Shown here: positions 40,310 through 49,448 of the stretch, piece after piece
Layout: each line of letters begins with the position of its first letter
How positions within the stretch are numbered: the first letter of the stretch is position 1
DNA from: Minisyncoccia bacterium
GTDB lineage: Bacteria > Patescibacteriota > Minisyncoccia > UBA6257 > JAAZHW01
NCBI GenBank assembly: GCA_041550235.1
Contig: JBFEPE010000003.1
Location: forward strand, 1,199-65,198
Direction of reading: 5' to 3'
DNA: 64,000 bases
Notes under the pieces: generated by a model
Database searches by the model: none
Seen by the model: only the letters and a program-made list of their open reading frames with translations
What the model was told of the DNA's origin: nothing
Translations under genes and position numbers: made by a program

Positions 40310-40579
40310 ATGACTTTATTTCAAAAATACATTCAAGCAGCCCTTCATAAGGCAAAATATAAAATAGATAAAGAAAAAAATGTCTACATTGCCTTTGTTG
40401 AGGAATTGCCAATTTGTTGGGGACAAGGAGCGACTTATGAGGATGCGAGACAAGAATTAGCCAATGTTATTGAAGGTTGGGTTCTTTTGGGTATTCAACA
40501 AGGCGACACTATCCCCCCAATCGGCGGAATTAATTTAGAGAGTATTCTTCATCCCAAGAATCAAGTTCAATATGCCTAA
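40310..40579 (+). CDS. hicB: HicB-family antitoxin
   Basis: LPICWGQGATYEDAR..L...IEGW, IPP. Confidence 0.85.
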   Translation: MTLFQKYIQAALHKAKYKIDKEKNVYIAFVEELPICWGQGATYEDARQELANVIEGWVLLGIQQGDTIPPIGGINLESILHPKNQVQYA

Positions 40580-40796
40580 ACTAACCCCTCTATCAAGAAA
40601 GGAATTTATTAAGAAACTTAAGGGCTTTGGGTTGCAAGGTCCTTTTCAAGGGGGAGATCATCAATTTATGTGTAATAAAAATTGTAGAATAAAAGTTCCC
40701 AATTCTCACAGCAAAAAAGATATTCCTATTTTTATTATTCAATTAACTATAAGGCAATTAGGCAAATCAAAAGATGAGTGGATAAATAAAAAATAG
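40572..40796 (+). CDS. hicA: HicA-family toxin
   Basis: LKGFGLQGPFQGGDHQFM, VPNSH. Confidence 0.85.
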   Translation: MPKLTPLSRKEFIKKLKGFGLQGPFQGGDHQFMCNKNCRIKVPNSHSKKDIPIFIIQLTIRQLGKSKDEWINKK

Positions 40797-40821
40797 GGTA
40801 TAATGTTTATATAGCAAAAAT

Positions 40822-41871
40822 ATGTTGGCAACAATTCCCACAAAAGAAAATATAATAAAAATAATGGAGGGGCTATCTCCTGAATTAAGGCAGACAATAT
40901 CAAGCCGTGAAACAGCTAAGGATATTGAAAATGCCGTCTTAATGCATAAAGTTCCAACAGAAAAAATAAAGGGACTAGTATCATCAGTCGGCTATGTTTT
41001 GCTCGGATTATATAATCACGAAGAATTTACAAAAGATTTATCTAAAGACTTAGGAATAGATCCGCTAATTGCAAGAGATTTAGCAATAGATATTGATAGA
41101 AGCATTTTTTTGCCTATTCGTGATGAAATAAAAAAAGCCCATAAGATTTTCAAAGAAGGCGGAATCAAGAAAGTTGAAAAAGTTGAAGGAATAAAAAAGA
41201 TAGAAGAAATTAAAAAAGAAACAATAATTCCAAAAGAGGAAGAAGAAAAGAAAGAAGAGGAGAAAAAATTTGAAGAAAAGAAATTTGAGAAAAAAATATT
41301 TCCAAAAAGTTTTGCTCCCAAAAAAATTGGCCCAATGGTAGATATAAAGAAGAAGGAAGAAGTCCGAAAAGAATTTAAGCCAATTTCAATTAGAGGAGAA
41401 GAAGCAAAAGTAAAGCCAACACTACAAACAAAATCTCCAATTTCAAGTGTATTTGAGCAAGTAGAAAAAAAGAAAGAAGAAGTAGTTTCAAGATTAGAAA
41501 TAAAGAAGGACGAGCCAACTAAAATAGTTAATTTTACTGCTGATAATTTATCCCCACCTCCACAAATTGAGAAAAAACCGGGGGCAGTAGAAAAAACGAC
41601 TATTCCATCGCCAAAAGAAATGGCAGATGAAGGATTGATGATGGAGAAAAAACTGGAAATGGCAGGAAAAATAATGGAAAAAAAAGTAGGGGGAATAATA
41701 GTGGAGAAAAAAGAAAAAGAAGAAAAAAAGATTGAGACAATGGCAGAAAAAGAAAAAGAAGTAGGGAAAATGGTAATTGAGAAAAAAGAAGAATTAGAGA
41801 CAAAGGCAATAGCAGAAGAAAAAACAAAAGAAAAAGAAAATATAATAAATCTAAAAAAATTAAAGTTTTAA
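40822..41871 (+). CDS. Hypothetical protein with Lys/Glu-rich tail
   Basis: Structured N-terminal 110 aa (VGYVLLG...IFLPI), low-complexity remainder; abuts the PrgI gene. Confidence 0.75.
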   Translation: MLATIPTKENIIKIMEGLSPELRQTISSRETAKDIENAVLMHKVPTEKIKGLVSSVGYVLLGLYNHEEFTKDLSKDLGIDPLIARDLAIDIDRSIFLPIRDEIKKAHKIFKEGGIKKVEKVEGIKKIEEIKKETIIPKEEEEKKEEEKKFEEKKFEKKIFPKSFAPKKIGPMVDIKKKEEVRKEFKPISIRGEEAKVKPTLQTKSPISSVFEQVEKKKEEVVSRLEIKKDEPTKIVNFTADNLSPPPQIEKKPGAVEKTTIPSPKEMADEGLMMEKKLEMAGKIMEKKVGGIIVEKKEKEEKKIETMAEKEKEVGKMVIEKKEELETKAIAEEKTKEKENIINLKKLKF

Positions 41872-41872
41872 T

Positions 41873-42268
41873 ATGCCAACATTCCAAGTGCCACAATTTA
41901 TTGATATAGAGGATAAGATTATCGGGCCTCTCTCATTGAGACAATTTATAATTTTAGCAATAACTGGGGGCTTGCTATTTGCTTTATTTAAAATTTTTCA
42001 ATTTTGGTTGTTCTTTATTTTTGGAGGAATAATTGCGGCATTAGGAATGTCGTTGGCATTTGTGAAGATAAATGGGCAAAGATTTGATAAGGTTGCATTG
42101 AATGCTTTGAGATATTTTATCTCTCCGCGACTCTATGTTTGGAGAAGACCAGAAAAAAGTAAGCAATTATCAGTTGCTCCAAAGATAGAAGTAAAGAAAA
42201 AGGTTGAGGAGCAGAAGAGAATGACTCTTGAGCAATTAGAGGAATTTGCCAAAAAATTGGATAAATAG
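41873..42268 (+). CDS. PrgI family protein (VirB3-like)
   Basis: FQVPQFIDIEDKIIGPLSLRQF, 2 TM, P..YVWR. Confidence 0.88.
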   Translation: MPTFQVPQFIDIEDKIIGPLSLRQFIILAITGGLLFALFKIFQFWLFFIFGGIIAALGMSLAFVKINGQRFDKVALNALRYFISPRLYVWRRPEKSKQLSVAPKIEVKKKVEEQKRMTLEQLEEFAKKLDK

Positions 42269-42276
42269 CAACAAAT

Positions 42277-42936
42277 ATGCCAGCAGAAATATCAACAGAA
42301 CAATTTGTAAGTATAGAAACAATAAAGGACGATTCCGTCGTATTAAAGGACGGCTCATTAAGAGCCGTTATAATGGTTTCTGGAATAAATTTTGATTTGA
42401 AATCAGAAGACGAGCAAAATTTAATTATTGGCTCATTTCAAGGTCTTTTAAATAGATTAGATTTTTCAGTTCAATTCATTACTCATTCAAGAAAGCTAAA
42501 TATTGATAGTTATCTAAGAGATATGGGTAAGAGAAGCGAGAAAGAAGAAAATCCATTATTAAAAAATCAAACAACAGAATATATAAGTTTCATAAGCTCG
42601 CTTGTGAATGTTGCCAATGTGATGTCAAAAAGATTTTATGTCGTTGTTCCCTATAGTGTTTTGGCAGTTGAGGCAGAAGAGACAATCTCAAAATTTATTG
42701 GGTTTTTGCCTTTTGGAAAGGGAAAGTCTAACAATGAGGCAAATAAGAAAAAGGAGAATTTTGAGTCACAAAAAATTCAGTTAAAGCATAGGGTAGATTC
42801 TGTAATGGCTGGATTGAGATCAACCGGAGTGAGGAGTATTAGATTGGAGACAGAAGATTTATTGGAGCTTTATTATAATCTTTATAATCCGGAAAAGAAG
42901 GAAAAGAAGATCCCAAAAATATTTGAGGATATTTAA
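42277..42936 (+). CDS. T4SS-associated protein (VirB4 N-terminal-like)
   Basis: STEQFV.I..IKD..VVLKDG.LRA...VSGINFDLKSEDEQ, LY.LYNP. Confidence 0.75.
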   Translation: MPAEISTEQFVSIETIKDDSVVLKDGSLRAVIMVSGINFDLKSEDEQNLIIGSFQGLLNRLDFSVQFITHSRKLNIDSYLRDMGKRSEKEENPLLKNQTTEYISFISSLVNVANVMSKRFYVVVPYSVLAVEAEETISKFIGFLPFGKGKSNNEANKKKENFESQKIQLKHRVDSVMAGLRSTGVRSIRLETEDLLELYYNLYNPEKKEKKIPKIFEDI

Positions 42937-42981
42937 TAAAAAGGGGCAGGGTGTTTTTTCACCCGCCCTTTTCGGCAATAA

Positions 42982-43302
42982 CTAAAATTTTACCACGGCC
43001 GCAAGTACTGATTTCCCGTTATTAAAATCTTCGGGAGTTCCCCAATTGAGCCAGTTTCGAAAATTAATTTCTACAAGCCCTTTAGTAGGGGTAGGAATAC
43101 TATAATCCGTTTTTGGTTTGCAATTCAAGGTGCTACCGTTATTACTCTTGAGCAGAATGTTTTTTACAAATATCCCATCTCGGAATGACACTTCTTTAAT
43201 AGTCCAACCAAGATGAATAACCTCGTCTGAGTCCACAAATTCAATAGTCATTTCCTTGTTTATTCTAGCATTTGAATAAAGATCTCTTTTTTTTCTAGTC
43301 AT
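42982..43302 (-). CDS. Hypothetical protein (solo unit)
   Basis: 106 aa; SD AGGAGG; minus-strand TTGACA-17-TATAAT-like promoter at about 43373-43402. Confidence 0.7.
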   Translation of the reverse strand: MTRKKRDLYSNARINKEMTIEFVDSDEVIHLGWTIKEVSFRDGIFVKNILLKSNNGSTLNCKPKTDYSIPTPTKGLVEINFRNWLNWGTPEDFNNGKSVLAAVVKF

Positions 43303-43395
43303 TATTTATTCCTCCTATTTTTTTAATTTTTAACATCTTAACGGAAACTCAACCATCAAATTTCCCGCCAACATTATATCACAAATAAATATATT

Positions 43396-43560
43396 TGTCA
43401 ATAGTGGGGGTTGGGTTTGACTTATAATAGTATTAATGAACATCCTGTCTTCGTCGACCCGCCTTCGCTAAAGCTACGGCAGGGCAGGGGACTTCGGCGG
43501 GCAAAGGAGAAACACCCCGTCCCGCCAAGAGACGAGCCACCCCTCTATAAGAGGGGAATA
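43396..43560. repeat. Promoter plus composite palindrome block, repeated at 46742-46895
   Basis: TGTCAATAGT.GGGGTTGGGTTTGA.TTATAAT.G...GACTTCGGCGGGC.AAGGAGAAA..CCCCGTCCCGCC. Confidence 0.85.
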
Positions 43561-43579
43561 AGAAATAAGATAAAAAAAT

Positions 43580-45394
43580 ATGGCGATAGCAGATTTCTTA
43601 CCATTTTCAAAAAAAGGAGAAGACCAGCCGGTGGCTATTCCCGAAGTATATAAATTTGGACCGCAAACAGCGAGGGATCTTTTGATTCCCCCAGCATTAG
43701 AAGTAGAATCAAATTTTTTAAAAATTGGAAATCTTTTTGTGAAAACATTATTTATCATTGCTTATCCAAGATATCTTTCTACGGGATGGTTTTCGCCGGT
43801 TATAAATATAGACCAAACCGTTGATGTATCAATATTTGTTCATCCAGTTGATACCGGCTCTGCATTGAAAAAATTAAGAAAAAAGACCGCTCAAGTTCAA
43901 GCACAATTAGCAGAAAGACAAGAGAAGGGATTTGTGAGAGACCCCGCATTGGATATGGCATATCAAAACCTGGAAAATCTAAGAGACTCATTGCAACAAG
44001 CAACAGAAAAACTTTTCAATGTCGGTGTATACATTACAATTTATGCTGATACAATGGAAGAATTAAGCGATGTGGAAGGCAAGGTTGTCTCATTTTTGGA
44101 GGGCAGAATGATTTATGCAAAGCCCGCTCTTTTTCAACAAGCACCGGGATTAGAATCAAGTTTTCCATTGGGGTTAGATAGATTGAAAGTTCATAGTGTT
44201 TTAAATTCATCACCATTATCAAGTATGTTTCCGTTTGTTTCCGTTGATTTAACATCAGATTCTGGAATACTTTTTGGGTTAAATAGACATAATAATAGTT
44301 TAATAATTTTTGATAGATTTTCTTTGGAAAATGGAAATATGGTTATATTTGCAAAGTCAGGTAGCGGAAAATCATATTTCACAAAATTAGAAATTTTAAG
44401 GTCATTAATGATAGATACAGATGTTTTGGTTATTGACCCTGAAAATGAATATAGATATCTTTGTGATACCGTTGGCGGTTCATATATTGATATCTCCCTC
44501 ACTTCTCCTCACAATATCAATCCATTTGATTTGCCCCCTCTTATGCCCGACGAAAGTCCAGCCGAAGCATTGAAGTCTAATGTTTTAAACCTCACAAGTT
44601 TGTTGAGAATAATGCTCGGTGATTTATCATCTGAAGAAGCAGGAATATTGGATAGGGCAATCAGCGAAACTTATTCATCAAGAGACATTACCCCTGAAAG
44701 TGATTTTTCTATTATCACTCCGCCCTTAATGGAAGACTTACAAACCGTTTTGGAAAGTATGGAAGGGGGGCTTAATCTTTCTGAGAGATTATATAAATTC
44801 ACAAAAGGAAGTTTTGGTGGATTTATAAATCGCCCTACTAATATTGATATTGTAAATCGATTAGTTGTTTTTGGAATAAGAAACTTAGAAGATGAACTTC
44901 GTCCAATAGCAATGTTTATTATTCTTAATTATATTTGGAACCTTATTCGTTCTAATGTGAAGAAAAGAATATTGATAATTGATGAGGCATGGTGGATGAT
45001 GAAGTTTCCTGCGGGAGCAGATTTCTTATTTGGATTAGTGAAAAGATGCCGTAAATATTTTTTGGGAGTTACTACCATCACTCAAGATGTTGATGATTTT
45101 ATTCGCTCGCCACAAGGAATGCCTATTATCACGAACTCGGCACTTCAAATGTTGATGAAGCAATCTACTGCTTCTATTGATAATGTTGCTGAAACATTCA
45201 GTTTAACTAATTCTGAAAAGCAATTATTGGTTGAGGCGGATATTGGAGAGGGGATATTTTTTGCTGGTCTCAAGCATGCTGCTATTAAGGTCATTGCTTC
45301 TTATGCTGAGGATCAAATAATCACAACAAACCCCGCTCAATTATTAGAGATAGCAGAAGCAAAGAGAGAATTTGGCGAATCCCAAGGATTTTAA
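43580..45394 (+). CDS. VirB4/TraE-like T4SS ATPase
   Basis: Walker A AKSGSGKS, IDPENEY, INPFD, Walker B IIDEAW, RKY, TQDV.DF. Confidence 0.92.
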   Translation: MAIADFLPFSKKGEDQPVAIPEVYKFGPQTARDLLIPPALEVESNFLKIGNLFVKTLFIIAYPRYLSTGWFSPVINIDQTVDVSIFVHPVDTGSALKKLRKKTAQVQAQLAERQEKGFVRDPALDMAYQNLENLRDSLQQATEKLFNVGVYITIYADTMEELSDVEGKVVSFLEGRMIYAKPALFQQAPGLESSFPLGLDRLKVHSVLNSSPLSSMFPFVSVDLTSDSGILFGLNRHNNSLIIFDRFSLENGNMVIFAKSGSGKSYFTKLEILRSLMIDTDVLVIDPENEYRYLCDTVGGSYIDISLTSPHNINPFDLPPLMPDESPAEALKSNVLNLTSLLRIMLGDLSSEEAGILDRAISETYSSRDITPESDFSIITPPLMEDLQTVLESMEGGLNLSERLYKFTKGSFGGFINRPTNIDIVNRLVVFGIRNLEDELRPIAMFIILNYIWNLIRSNVKKRILIIDEAWWMMKFPAGADFLFGLVKRCRKYFLGVTTITQDVDDFIRSPQGMPIITNSALQMLMKQSTASIDNVAETFSLTNSEKQLLVEADIGEGIFFAGLKHAAIKVIASYAEDQIITTNPAQLLEIAEAKREFGESQGF

Positions 45395-45474
45395 ATTTTT
45401 TGTTTTTGATTTTTTTTGAAATAAAAAAACAGCATTTGAGGATTTCTCCCCAAATGCTTTCTAATTTTTATACT

Positions 45475-46647
45475 TCATCCCATTCTGTTTTCTTCAATAA
45501 ACTGCTTTATTTTTTCGGAATGCGAGCATCTTAAATAATGTCTTATTCTTCTTGCGATTCTAGTTATTCCAATATCCTTATCTTCATCCTCATCTCCCCC
45601 TCCAGTCATCTCTTTTCCTTTCACTTCTCTTATCATTCCATCAAGATAAGAATTAGATGCCTCTTTTGATTGAATTTGCTCAAGTCGTTCAATCGTGATT
45701 TCATTTTCATCTATAAATCTTTCCATCAAATCTCGGAATGCCCACTGCTCTTTCAAGTCATTACTTGGCTCAAAGCCAAACCAAGAAATAAGATTTTCTT
45801 CCTCTGTAGAAACTCGTCCTTGATTGATCAATCCCTGCAGGTTTTCTCTTGTGAAGCCAAATTCCCCAACTTTTAACAAAAATTCAGGCGAATTTTCAAA
45901 AGGGAAGACCTTTAAAATGCTATCCCAAAATCTGTCTAGGTAGCAATCGCTAAAAGAATTTTCCCCAACAAGATATTTAAGGTTTTTTTCAAGCACTTCT
46001 GCCATTTCAAATAGAGAAAGATAAATTTTCTTTATTCCCTCAAAAATTGTTTGGCTATTTGATTTTTTCCATAATTTCCACAAGCCATCAATATAATGAC
46101 TCATTGAATGTGCCCAGTAAAAATATCTTTTTTCTTCCAATGCAAAAGCACTTAAAGCTATTTCTATTCCGCGAGAAACACATTCAACATCACCGTTTTT
46201 AAGGGCTGCCTCTAGTGAATTCATTTGCAAATAATTTTTTTTCGATGCCTCCTTCGCCCCATAGATATACCCACCAAGTTTTGCAAATCCTTTTCTTAGA
46301 TTTTGTTCTTTAAGAATAGTCAAAAACTTTTCAATATCTTTACTCGCCTGATAGTGAAAGCGGACTCTTGTTTCGGGAAAAAGATTGGGATCGCCAGAGT
46401 TATCAATCCAAACATAGTCATCAAAATTAAATCCTTTTTTTCTAAGACTCGCAATGACTTCGCTTCCGCAGACCATCCCCAAAAAAAATCCAATCAGAAT
46501 AATCTCAATGTTGTTTTCTTTTAAGAAATCAACAACCTCATCATCTGTCTTCGGGGTTAATGCAAATGTTTGGTGTCCAAGATTTTTGGCAACCTCTCTT
46601 TGTTTTTCGGTTTCATTCAGAAACCAATCAATCCATACGATATTCAT
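45475..46647 (-). CDS. Hypothetical protein with N-terminal receiver-like domain (solo unit)
   Basis: IVWID...IILIG.FLG...GSEV...LR pattern; SD AGGAGG; own promoter. Confidence 0.7.
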   Translation of the reverse strand: MNIVWIDWFLNETEKQREVAKNLGHQTFALTPKTDDEVVDFLKENNIEIILIGFFLGMVCGSEVIASLRKKGFNFDDYVWIDNSGDPNLFPETRVRFHYQASKDIEKFLTILKEQNLRKGFAKLGGYIYGAKEASKKNYLQMNSLEAALKNGDVECVSRGIEIALSAFALEEKRYFYWAHSMSHYIDGLWKLWKKSNSQTIFEGIKKIYLSLFEMAEVLEKNLKYLVGENSFSDCYLDRFWDSILKVFPFENSPEFLLKVGEFGFTRENLQGLINQGRVSTEEENLISWFGFEPSNDLKEQWAFRDLMERFIDENEITIERLEQIQSKEASNSYLDGMIREVKGKEMTGGGDEDEDKDIGITRIARRIRHYLRCSHSEKIKQFIEENRMG

Positions 46648-46741
46648 TTTATTCCTCCTATTCGTTTTATTTTATTATTTTATTTTTAAACATCAGGAAA
46701 TCTGACTTTCCTGATAGTATGATGTAATATATTTATAAAAA

Positions 46742-47485
46742 TGTCAATAGTAGGGGTTGGGTTTGATTTATAATGGTAAGGATGAACACCCCGCCTTCGT
46801 CGAGACTTCGGCGGGCGAAGGAGAAAACACCCCGTCCCGCCTGAGGCGGACCACCCTTCTATTAGAGGGTGGCACATCCGCCTTTGGCGGAGAATTATAA
46901 GACAAGATTAACAACTCCCAAAGAAAATCAAAATTTCGAATATATAGAGAGTAAATAGAAACAAATTAAGGAATGGGGAGCGATGATCTATATATTCAAA
47001 TGTTTGAGTTTTGCCGATTTTCAAATAGAGGCAAAACGAGTTCTTTCCAGCCAGAGGCGGATCCGCCTATGGCGGAGAATTGATCATCGCGGAGACAAGA
47101 AATAAATTGCAAAGCAATTTCTTTCTTGGCGGGAATGGATATAATTTGTCTATTTACGAACGAAATAGAGAAATTTTAGATTTTTTGGGGAGATAGAGAT
47201 TCCCCGCCGAAGGCGGGCAGGCCGCCGGAGTATTATCCGCCTCTGGCGGACGGGAATGAAAAGAAAGGACGGGCATGACAAGAAAAAAGTGGGGATAATC
47301 TAAATTGTAGCAATAATATAATGGTGGTATAATATAATCAAAGAAAATATCTCCCCGCTTTCGCGGGGATGACGACAAAGAAGGGGAGAAACACCCCGTC
47401 CCAGCCCCTGCGGACAGGGGCTGGACCACCCCTCTATAAGAGGGGAATTATACTCGCCTTCGTTGAAACTTCGGCGAGGCGAAGA
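46742..47485. repeat. Large composite repeat region including an about 275-bp foldback element (46916-47192)
   Basis: Terminal arms AAAATCAAAATTTC / GAAATTTTAGATTTT, GTAAATAGA/TCTATTTAC, GCGATGATC/GATCATCGC; many internal hairpins. Confidence 0.8.
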
Positions 47486-47490
47486 AAAAT

Positions 47491-47952
47491 ATGGCGGAGG
47501 AGACAAAAACAAAAATTGAAAAACCATTACAAGTTCCACAGAGAAAACCTCAAATACCAACAGGCGGAGCGAGAACCATTAGACCAAAACTATCAAGATT
47601 CTTGCCGGTTGGAAGAAAAAGAGAGGGAGCATCTCAAAAAGAATCAGGAACAATAGGGAAAATAACAAAAAAGGGGACATTAATAATGGGAACTTTGATT
47701 TTTTTGCCAATTATTCTTTTGGCTGATGTAGTTGATATCTTTACATTAGCAGGTCCAGTATTAATAGTTTCATGGATATTAGATATATTATCCTTTGTTT
47801 TCCCAGCCGTATTTCTTTTGATTGCCAACAAAGGACAGGGGATTATGAGATACGGGATGGCATGCTTTGCCGAAGGAATACCAGTCGTAGAATGGGGGAC
47901 ATGGAGAATAATAGTTCTATTGATGATAATTTTTAGCTCAAAAAGCACCTAA
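47491..47952 (+). CDS. Hypothetical membrane protein, T4SS-like cluster
   Basis: Basic N-terminus, several TM segments, E.IPVV. Confidence 0.7.
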   Translation: MAEETKTKIEKPLQVPQRKPQIPTGGARTIRPKLSRFLPVGRKREGASQKESGTIGKITKKGTLIMGTLIFLPIILLADVVDIFTLAGPVLIVSWILDILSFVFPAVFLLIANKGQGIMRYGMACFAEGIPVVEWGTWRIIVLLMIIFSSKST

Positions 47953-47964
47953 TCAATAATTAAT

Positions 47965-48681
47965 ATGAAAAATCATTTTATAAAATCAATATTTTTTATA
48001 TCAATTATAATATTTGCTGGATTTTTAATAACAAATATCGCTACCGCTCAAAATGGCTCCGGTTTTTTTCATCTCTCTTGGGAGGCAGACAGCAAGGCAC
48101 CAGTTGAATATTCAGGCAAGAAATTAGCAACTATGAACTCCGTCATAAAGGCAAGTATTCAAGCATTTGTTTATTCTGGCGGAGTATATTTAAATCCATC
48201 CAATTGGAATTTTAAGTGGTATTTAAATGATGAATTAATAAGCGAAGGGGCAGGGATGATTGATTTTAGATTTCGTATAGAAAATTATTTATCAGATTCA
48301 TACAATGTGAGGGTTGAGATAATTTTTCCAAACGGCTCATCATCAAGTGAGGAAATAGAAATACCAATTGTTCAGCCAAAAGTTTTAATATGGCCAGATA
48401 ATGGAGATTTTACCATCAAAGAAAACTCACTTTATACAACATCAAATGAAGTGATTTTAATGACTCAAGCATATTTTTTCAGTCAAATGGATAATAATTA
48501 TAGGGCTCAATGGTTTATTGATGGGAGGTATCAATTTGTTGAAAGAGGAGAGAATTTATTTGTTGATTTGAGTGAGAAAAAAGAAAGAAATATAAAGGTC
48601 ATTTTAAGCAGTAGCAGTGATTCTCTTATTCGAAATATAGGTGAGTTAAATGTTATTTCAACTGGTGGTGGCGGTCTATAA
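47965..48681 (+). CDS. Hypothetical exported Ig/PKD-like protein
   Basis: Signal peptide; LSWEADS..P..Y.GK, F.WYLN, QP.V. Confidence 0.7.
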   Translation: MKNHFIKSIFFISIIIFAGFLITNIATAQNGSGFFHLSWEADSKAPVEYSGKKLATMNSVIKASIQAFVYSGGVYLNPSNWNFKWYLNDELISEGAGMIDFRFRIENYLSDSYNVRVEIIFPNGSSSSEEIEIPIVQPKVLIWPDNGDFTIKENSLYTTSNEVILMTQAYFFSQMDNNYRAQWFIDGRYQFVERGENLFVDLSEKKERNIKVILSSSSDSLIRNIGELNVISTGGGGL

Positions 48682-48792
48682 ATTAATTAAAATCTTATAT
48701 AGCCCCCCGCGAAGGCGGGGGGCTATAGGGAAAAGTAATAAATAATAAAAAACATCCTGTTTCATAATTAAATGTAAAAAAATATAATACAT

Positions 48793-49440
48793 ATGATTAA
48801 ATTTTGGAAAATTATAATAATATTTATTTTTATCAATATATTGATTCCTTCAAGTTCTGTTTTTGCTAAAACAAATTGTGTCGGTGGTGATTTTCCATTA
48901 GAAATTCCAATTTTTGGATTGGAATGTGTCTCCGGTCCAGCCGCTTATTTATCGGGGCTTTATAAAATATCCTTGGGGGCAGGTGTTTTTATTGCAGCAG
49001 TGATTATTGTTTTTGCCGGAACAAGATATGCGGCTGCAAGAGATAATGTTAATACAAAAAAGGATGCAACTTCGCAAATTTGGAGTGCATTAGGTGGCCT
49101 TGCCCTTCTTTTCGGCTCATTCGTTCTTTTGAATACAATAAACCCCCGCCTGACGGAATTAGAGGATTTAGATATCGGCGGAGATATTTCGGAAAAAGAT
49201 TTAAGAGAGATTTGGTTGAGTCAAAATTGTTATAGGATTAATACACAATATAATAAGGTGTATTGGAATTGTGTTAATAAGTCCACGAAAGATATATTTG
49301 GCTATTTAGATTATACAATCCTTTCCAATAAAATAGATAATGGTTGTGAGCAACAGGCCTTAAATGATTTAAATTCAAGGCATAAAGGAGATGAAAGGAT
49401 ATTAGCGGGCATGTGTCTCAGTAAATATGTTCAATTTTAA
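48793..49440 (+). CDS. T4SS pilin-like (VirB2/TrbC-type) protein with Cys-containing C-terminus
   Basis: YL..LY...LG....A..IIVFAG..Y...K..A...I..AL.GL.LL..S...LNTINP. Confidence 0.8.
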   Translation: MIKFWKIIIIFIFINILIPSSSVFAKTNCVGGDFPLEIPIFGLECVSGPAAYLSGLYKISLGAGVFIAAVIIVFAGTRYAAARDNVNTKKDATSQIWSALGGLALLFGSFVLLNTINPRLTELEDLDIGGDISEKDLREIWLSQNCYRINTQYNKVYWNCVNKSTKDIFGYLDYTILSNKIDNGCEQQALNDLNSRHKGDERILAGMCLSKYVQF

Positions 49441-49448
49441 ATAAAAAT

